Source: an uncultured Gemmatimonadota bacterium (lineage in GTDB: Bacteria; SM23-81). Taken from it: a stretch of 11,639 nt of DNA. This document shows positions 7,113 to 11,639 of this stretch, piece by piece. Every line of letters begins with the position of its first letter. The first letter of the stretch is position 1. Under the pieces are notes generated by a model, which saw only the letters and a program-made list of their open reading frames with translations, made no database searches and was not told the DNA's origin. Location of the stretch: NCBI GenBank assembly GCA_964584035.1, contig CAZOYL010000083.1, forward strand, positions 1-11,639, read 5' to 3'. The position numbers were made by a program, and so were the translations under genes.

Positions 7113-7583
7113 TCATTTGGCAGTACAGACGGCCCGGTATTTCTTCAAGATCTTGTCCACCTCCGGAAGCTTCACCTGGCCGTAAAGATCTTCTCCTACC
7201 GTGACCACCGGGGCCAGCCCGCAGCACCCCAGACAGCGAACCGCCTCCAGTCCGAAGTTCCCGTCCGGGGTGATCTGGCCGGTGGTGATGCTCAGATCCC
7301 GTTCCAGTTTCTCCAGAATCCGGGGGGCTCCCTTGACATGGCAGGCCGTGCCCATGCAGACGCTGATCGGATATCTGGCCTGCGGAGTGAGCGAAAAAGC
7401 TCTGTAGAAAGTGGTCAGGCTGTAGATGCGGCTCAGGGGGATATCCATCTCCCGGGCGATTCTGACGGCCACCTCCCGGGGTATATACCGGTAGGCTTCC
7501 TGGACATCCTCCAGAACGGCGATCAGGGCGCTGCTGTCGCCGGCGTACCTCTCGATGATCCTGTCGACGGCGGCCATGTCCAT
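7113..7583 (-). CDS. nuoE: NuoE/HydC/HndA-like [2Fe-2S] subunit
   Basis: LIAVLEDVQEAYRYIP, TFY..F, VCMGTACHVKG and VRCLGCCGLAPV. Strong GGAGGT 5 nt upstream of the ATG. The symbol denotes the family. Confidence 0.93.
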   Translation of the reverse strand: MDMAAVDRIIERYAGDSSALIAVLEDVQEAYRYIPREVAVRIAREMDIPLSRIYSLTTFYRAFSLTPQARYPISVCMGTACHVKGAPRILEKLERDLSITTGQITPDGNFGLEAVRCLGCCGLAPVVTVGEDLYGQVKLPEVDKILKKYRAVCTAK

Positions 7584-7588
7584 CCCAG

Positions 7589-7594
7589 ACCTCC
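7589..7594 (-). promoter_or_regulatory. Shine-Dalgarno site (GGAGGT) for the nuoE-like gene
   Basis: Minus strand reads GGAGGTctgggATG. Confidence 0.75.
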
Positions 7595-7624
7595 AGCTAA
7601 TAACAGATGCCGGTGCTTATCGGC

Positions 7625-8185
7625 TCAGGCCGATGCCGTGCGGCCCGAGGACCCGGCCGGCAGATGCTCCTTCAGCAGAGTCCGCAGCAGAACGATCCCT
7701 TCCGGAGAGGTGATCGATCGGCCCCGGAGACGTCTCTTGAACTCCTGAGAACTGAAAGTATAGGTGCTTCCACTCCGCCGGTGACGATAGAAAAACTCGA
7801 TCTCCGGGTGGCCGGCGATCAGCGTCATGAGCGTCTTGCCGACATCTCCCAGAGGCTGCCGGTCGATATGGCTGTGCCCGAAGACGGCCCGGATCTGTGT
7901 TCCGCCGTTCGGCTCGGAGCGGATGGATACCTCCCCACCACTCCTTTTGGCGGCCTCAGAGAGCAGCGGCAGCCCGAATCCGACGCTTCGTTCCCGGCGG
8001 GTAGTGACGAAGGGATCGGCCGCTTTGCGAACCATGTGTTCGTCCATACCGCGACCGTCATCGCCGATCTCGATCACCAGCCGGTCGCCCTCCAGGTCTT
8101 CCTCGACAGCAATGCGGATCCGGCGGGCCCCGGCGTCGATGGAGTTCTCCGCGATGTCCAGCATGTGTAGCGACAGGTCCAGCAC
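7625..8185 (-). CDS. Stand-alone HATPase_c (histidine kinase-like / GHKL ATP-binding) protein, about 186 aa; start re-called to GTG at 8185
   Basis: N box LHMLDIAENSIDAGA, G1 IGDDGRGMD, F box DPFVTT, G2 VGFGLP and C-terminal SHIDRQPLGD. No HisKA, sensor or TM region. The track's upstream extension to 8371 overlaps the PHP gene and is low-complexity. GAGG precedes GTG, just after the PHP stop. Confidence 0.85.
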   Translation of the reverse strand: MLDLSLHMLDIAENSIDAGARRIRIAVEEDLEGDRLVIEIGDDGRGMDEHMVRKAADPFVTTRRERSVGFGLPLLSEAAKRSGGEVSIRSEPNGGTQIRAVFGHSHIDRQPLGDVGKTLMTLIAGHPEIEFFYRHRRSGSTYTFSSQEFKRRLRGRSITSPEGIVLLRTLLKEHLPAGSSGRTASA

Positions 8186-8192
8186 ACTGACC

Positions 8193-8927
8193 TCACAGGA
8201 GAATCTTCCGCCCCCCCTCGCCCCTGAAGGCCCGGGCGATCTCGCCAAGAGAGGGCTTCTGCAGGAGAAAGGTGGTCGTGGCCAGGCCGATGTGCTCGGG
8301 GCGGTGCGCATCGGAGGTCGTGATGAAAGCGTACCGACGGTATTCCCGGAACCGCCGGCGGGCTTCCGCAAGCGTCAGGCGATGGGAAACGGCCAGAGCA
8401 TCCAGGGCCATGTTCTCGGGGATGAAGCCCAGTTGTCCGATGATGCCGAATCCCTGGCGATCGATATGAGCGGCCACGGCCAATCCGTCGTGCCGGTGAA
8501 TATACCCGATGATCTGATCGATGGACAGAGCGGTGGCGTCAAGAAGCGGCCGGTCATTGAGATCGAGCACCTCGGAGATCTCGTTGACCACCGGCTGGAG
8601 CCCCAGGGGTTCCCGGCCGGCCTGATCGGGCAGGTTGGCGTAGACCACGGCCTGCATGGCCAGCGCATCCTCCAAGTTTTCAAACAGCGCCAGGATGTGA
8701 ACCTCTTCCCGGCTGGTAACCTCCAGACCCGGCAGCACCCGTAAAGGCATGCCGGCAGCCGTGCGGATGACGGCAACGGCATTCTCGCAGCTGTTATGAT
8801 CGCAGATGGCCAGAATATCGACGCCCCGGACCCGGGCGGCGCGGACGATACGGCCGGGTGACATGTCCAGATCGCCGCACGGAGACAGGCAGGTGTGTAC
8901 GTGGAGGTCTGCCCGATACCGCTTCAT
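8193..8927 (-). CDS. PHP-domain metal-dependent phosphoesterase family protein
   Basis: DLHVHT, ICDHN, PGLEV, EEVH, AAHIDR and TSDAH motifs. ATGA overlap with the upstream DRTGG gene. Confidence 0.9.
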   Translation of the reverse strand: MKRYRADLHVHTCLSPCGDLDMSPGRIVRAARVRGVDILAICDHNSCENAVAVIRTAAGMPLRVLPGLEVTSREEVHILALFENLEDALAMQAVVYANLPDQAGREPLGLQPVVNEISEVLDLNDRPLLDATALSIDQIIGYIHRHDGLAVAAHIDRQGFGIIGQLGFIPENMALDALAVSHRLTLAEARRRFREYRRYAFITTSDAHRPEHIGLATTTFLLQKPSLGEIARAFRGEGGRKILL

Positions 8928-9274
8928 GACCGTTTCGATGATGACAGCCTTACAGGATAGAGCCTGCCGGCCAGCTCGAAGGTGTCCAGGTCCGATGTCA
9001 GCAGCGGGACGCCTTCCTCCTCGGCCTTGACGACGGTGTCCTCATCGGGCTCCCTCCCGTTGACCACCACGATCCCGGCCAGTTCCTTGACCACCGCCAC
9101 CGCCACGATGTTCTGGTGGGTCTGCAGGGTGATCCACAGATCCTCCGGTGCGGCATGGGCCATGACATCGCTCAACAGATCGCTGGCGTATCCTCCGCCG
9201 ACCGGCGCGGCGAGTTTCGATGCGCCGGCCCGGATGCGAAGATCGAGCTCATCGACTATCTCCTGCAGTGTCAA
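8924..9274 (-). CDS. DRTGG-domain (HPr kinase N-terminal-like) protein, about 116 aa; start re-called to TTG at 9274
   Basis: MTLQEIVDELDL...GGYASDLLSDVMA...LWITLQTHQNIVAVA...AEEEGVPLL...TFELAGRLY matches the small DRTGG proteins of hydrogenase operons. AGGGGTG lies upstream, overlapping the gamma-subunit stop. The track's extension to 9397 lies inside the gamma gene. Confidence 0.85.
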   Translation of the reverse strand: MTLQEIVDELDLRIRAGASKLAAPVGGGYASDLLSDVMAHAAPEDLWITLQTHQNIVAVAVVKELAGIVVVNGREPDEDTVVKAEEEGVPLLTSDLDTFELAGRLYPVRLSSSKRS

Positions 9275-9278
9275 CAGG

Positions 9279-9914
9279 TCACCCCTTTTTTCGGGACCGT
9301 CTGCCCGCCCCGGTCTTTTTCCCGGCCGGAGCCCGGCTTTTCGAATCCCGTTTTGTCTCCCCGGCCCGCAGCTCCTGACCGTACCGGTAGCCCTCATCGA
9401 AGGCCTTCAGGTTCAGGTCCAGAAACCGCTCCGGCACCAGGCTGGGAAGCGCCTTCTTCATGGCCTTCATGGAAACCACCCCGGTGACGGCGGTGAAAAA
9501 ACCCAGCATGGCCACGTTGGCGATGATCCGATTGCCCAGCTCTTCGGCAATCCGCGTGGCCGGAACGGCATACAGCTTGATGCCCTTGCGGATTGGACCC
9601 GGTTTCACCAGATCCTGATCGATAATCAGGAGACCGCCCTCTTTCAATTCCGGCTCATACTTGCTGAAGGCCTCCTGGGACATAGCCACCAGAACATGAG
9701 GGGTGGTTACATACGGATACAGGACCCGGTCACTGGAAACGACCACCTGAGCGCTGCAGGCGCCGCCCCTGGCTTCCGGTCCGAAGGACTGGTTCATGGT
9801 GGCGAATCTCTTGTCGAAAATGGAGACGGCTTTGCCGATGATGATGCCCGATCGAATGATGCCCTGGCCTCCGAATCCGGCAAATCGAATCTCGGTCAAT
9901 GAGGACCTCGGCAT
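9279..9914 (-). CDS. korC: 2-oxoacid:ferredoxin oxidoreductase gamma subunit (KorC/OorC-like)
   Basis: EIRFAGFGGQGII, QSFGPEARGGAC, VPATRIA...ANVAMLG and NLKAFDEG. AAGGAG at 9925-9930. Substrate specificity is not proven. Confidence 0.92.
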   Translation of the reverse strand: MPRSSLTEIRFAGFGGQGIIRSGIIIGKAVSIFDKRFATMNQSFGPEARGGACSAQVVVSSDRVLYPYVTTPHVLVAMSQEAFSKYEPELKEGGLLIIDQDLVKPGPIRKGIKLYAVPATRIAEELGNRIIANVAMLGFFTAVTGVVSMKAMKKALPSLVPERFLDLNLKAFDEGYRYGQELRAGETKRDSKSRAPAGKKTGAGRRSRKKG

Positions 9915-9919
9915 GATGG

Positions 9920-10810
9920 TCAGTCTCCTTCATAAGGCACGAATCTGTCACCCAGCATCTGGCTCAATCGTTTATTATAAGCCTCTAAAAAGGTGGGCCG
10001 CTCGCGATCGATGAACTTGCCGACGATGATGTCCTTCTGAAACTCGATATCCAGCGTTCGCGTGTCCGCCCCATGCTGGATCACGGAGTGCTCATGATAG
10101 AATTTCATCAGGTCCAATCCTGTGCCCAGCCGGTTGATGCGTCCCCAGTAATTGGCGCAGGGGGTGATCACCTCGACCACCGAGAATCCCGGCTTCTGCA
10201 GGGCTTCCATGATGGACTTGGTCAGGCGGCGAACGTGCAGGGCCGTCCAGCGGGCCACGTAGACGGCGCCGCAGGATTCGGCCAGATGGGGAATATTAAA
10301 AGGCTGCTCGAAATTTCCGTACGGGGAGGTGGTGGCGTATCCTGTGGACGGCGTCGTCGGAGCGCACTGGCCGCCGGTCATGGCGTAGATGAAGTTGTTG
10401 ACGCAGATCACGGTCATGTCCATGTTCCGCCTGGCGGCGTGGATGAAGTGATTTCCCCCGATGGCGATGAGATCGCCGTCGCCGGAAATGACGACCACCT
10501 TCAATCTAGGGTTGCCCAGCTTGACCCCGGTGGCGTAAGCTATGGCCCGGCCGTGGGTGGTGTGAAAGGAATCCAACCGCATGTAGCCGGCCACGCGGCC
10601 GGTACAGCCGATGCCCGAGACCACGCAGACCTTGTCCAGATCCCACTCCAGTTTCTCCAGGGCGGAGGCAAAGGCGGTCACGGTGGTACCGATGCCGCAG
10701 GTGGGACACCAGATGTGTGGAATGCGCTCCATCCGCAGGAGCGATTCCATCGGATGGGGCGGTTCCACAGACTTGGGCGGGGGTTTCTCGGCGACGTTCG
10801 GTGCGCTCAT
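9920..10810 (-). CDS. korB: 2-oxoacid:ferredoxin oxidoreductase beta subunit (TPP-binding, KorB/OorB-like)
   Basis: IWCPTCG, VSGIGC, HTTHGR, GDGD...GGNH...NNFIYAMTGGQ (TPP motif) and ITPC. ATGA overlap with the alpha gene. Confidence 0.95.
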   Translation of the reverse strand: MSAPNVAEKPPPKSVEPPHPMESLLRMERIPHIWCPTCGIGTTVTAFASALEKLEWDLDKVCVVSGIGCTGRVAGYMRLDSFHTTHGRAIAYATGVKLGNPRLKVVVISGDGDLIAIGGNHFIHAARRNMDMTVICVNNFIYAMTGGQCAPTTPSTGYATTSPYGNFEQPFNIPHLAESCGAVYVARWTALHVRRLTKSIMEALQKPGFSVVEVITPCANYWGRINRLGTGLDLMKFYHEHSVIQHGADTRTLDIEFQKDIIVGKFIDRERPTFLEAYNKRLSQMLGDRFVPYEGD

Positions 10811-11639
10811 ACTTGACCTCTTTTCGTGCGAGGATATTCCATGATACCTTGTCCGGCTTTTTCCCCTCTGGCCGCCTGACGGATCGCATGAAGGATGTCC
10901 TCGGGATCGTGAACCCAGCCCCCGCCGTGGGGCACCAGGACGACCTCGGCCTGTCCGCAGACACAGCGGTCCAGTTCCAGAACCACCTGGCCGTAATTGA
11001 TCTCCGGCATGACCAAGGCCTTCACCTTGCCGGCCAATTGGCGAATGAACTTCTCCGGAAATGGCCAGACCACCACCAGACGCAGCACCCCGACCTTGAT
11101 GCCCTCGGCCCGGGCCAGGTCCACGGCCCGCAGGGCCACGCGGGAAGTGATCCCGTAGGCGACCACGACCACATCGGCTCCGTCGACCTGATCCTGCTCA
11201 TATTCGACGATATCATCACTGTTCAGGCGGATTTTGTTCACCAGACGGTGGACATTCTCCTCCTGGCACTCGGCGGTCATCACCGGATACCCGCGAAAGT
11301 CATGGGTCAGACCGGTGACGTGAAAGCGATATCCATCGCCCGTTTTGACCATCGGAGGAACCAGATCTTTGTCCGGCTTGAACGGCAGGTATTTTTTCTT
11401 CGGGCCTTTATAATACCTTCGCGGCTGCAGATCGATCCGCTCGGCCGGAGGAATGACCACCTTTTCGGTCATGTGCCCGACACACTCATCCATCATCAGC
11501 AGCACGGGCACGCGATAACGTTCCGAGAGATTGAACGCCTTGATGGTATAATCGAAGGCTTCCTGAGGCGAATTGGGCGAAAGCGCGATGATCTCGTAAT
11601 CCCCGTGGGAACCCCACCGGGCCTGCATCATGTCCGCCT
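10807..11639 (-). CDS. korA: 2-oxoacid:ferredoxin oxidoreductase alpha subunit, C-terminal part (5' end outside the window)
   Basis: The frame is open to the edge (ADMMQARWGSHGDY). QARWGxHGD, AFNLSERYRVPV, HVTGLTHD, VVAYG, WPFP and PEINYGQ motifs fit the KorA/OorA subfamily. Confidence 0.93.
   Translation of the reverse strand, partial: ADMMQARWGSHGDYEIIALSPNSPQEAFDYTIKAFNLSERYRVPVLLMMDECVGHMTEKVVIPPAERIDLQPRRYYKGPKKKYLPFKPDKDLVPPMVKTGDGYRFHVTGLTHDFRGYPVMTAECQEENVHRLVNKIRLNSDDIVEYEQDQVDGADVVVVAYGITSRVALRAVDLARAEGIKVGVLRLVVVWPFPEKFIRQLAGKVKALVMPEINYGQVVLELDRCVCGQAEVVLVPHGGGWVHDPEDILHAIRQAARGEKAGQGIMEYPRTKRGQV

Noticed and set aside
3984..7583. Respiratory complex I (nuoEFG) or a true [FeFe] hydrogenase
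   Set aside because: There are no other nuo genes or membrane subunits, and the 262-aa subunit has no H-cluster motifs.
8186..8371. Track's N-terminal extensions of the HATPase (to 8371) and DRTGG (to 9397) ORFs
   Set aside because: Both overlap the upstream gene, are low-complexity, and better starts with ribosome sites exist at 8185 (GTG) and 9274 (TTG).
8385..8405. PHP protein inactivated because DALAVS replaces the usual DxxE(I/V) motif
   Set aside because: The main metal-binding motifs (HxH, DHN, E, H, H, SDAH) are intact, and one substitution is not enough to call loss of function.
1..11639. Selenocysteine recoding: all 12 visible stops are TGA, and HdrA and MvhD are often selenoproteins
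   Set aside because: Each TGA falls at the natural end of its protein family. The visible Sec-prone positions (HdrA ASCSP; MvhD CHWS, VMC, GC..CHY) are ordinary codons. TGA preference is normal at high GC.

Overview
GC-rich, gene-dense window from what is almost certainly an anaerobic prokaryote; the taxon cannot be fixed from the sequence. All real genes are on the minus strand in one apparently continuous operon that runs off both edges. In transcription order: 2-oxoacid:ferredoxin oxidoreductase alpha (5'-truncated), beta and gamma; a DRTGG protein, a PHP-domain protein and a stand-alone HATPase_c protein; NuoE/HydC-like, HndB/HydD-like and NuoF/HydB-like subunits; a short NuoG/HydA-N-terminal-like Fe-S protein with no catalytic domain but an extra Cys4 tail; an 807-aa fusion of GltD-like flavoprotein, ferredoxin and MvhD; an HdrD-like (HdrC plus 2 CCG) protein; and the N-terminus of HdrA, which the ORF track missed. 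The most notable feature is the architecture. A HydABCD-type (Bfu) bifurcating core and its usual accessory trio appear here with no hydrogenase or formate dehydrogenase active site in the window. They sit between a ferredoxin-reducing oxidoreductase and an NAD(P)H-flavoprotein/MvhD/Hdr module, suggesting an uncharacterised multi-flavin redox hub. No RNA genes, mobile elements or CRISPR arrays were seen.
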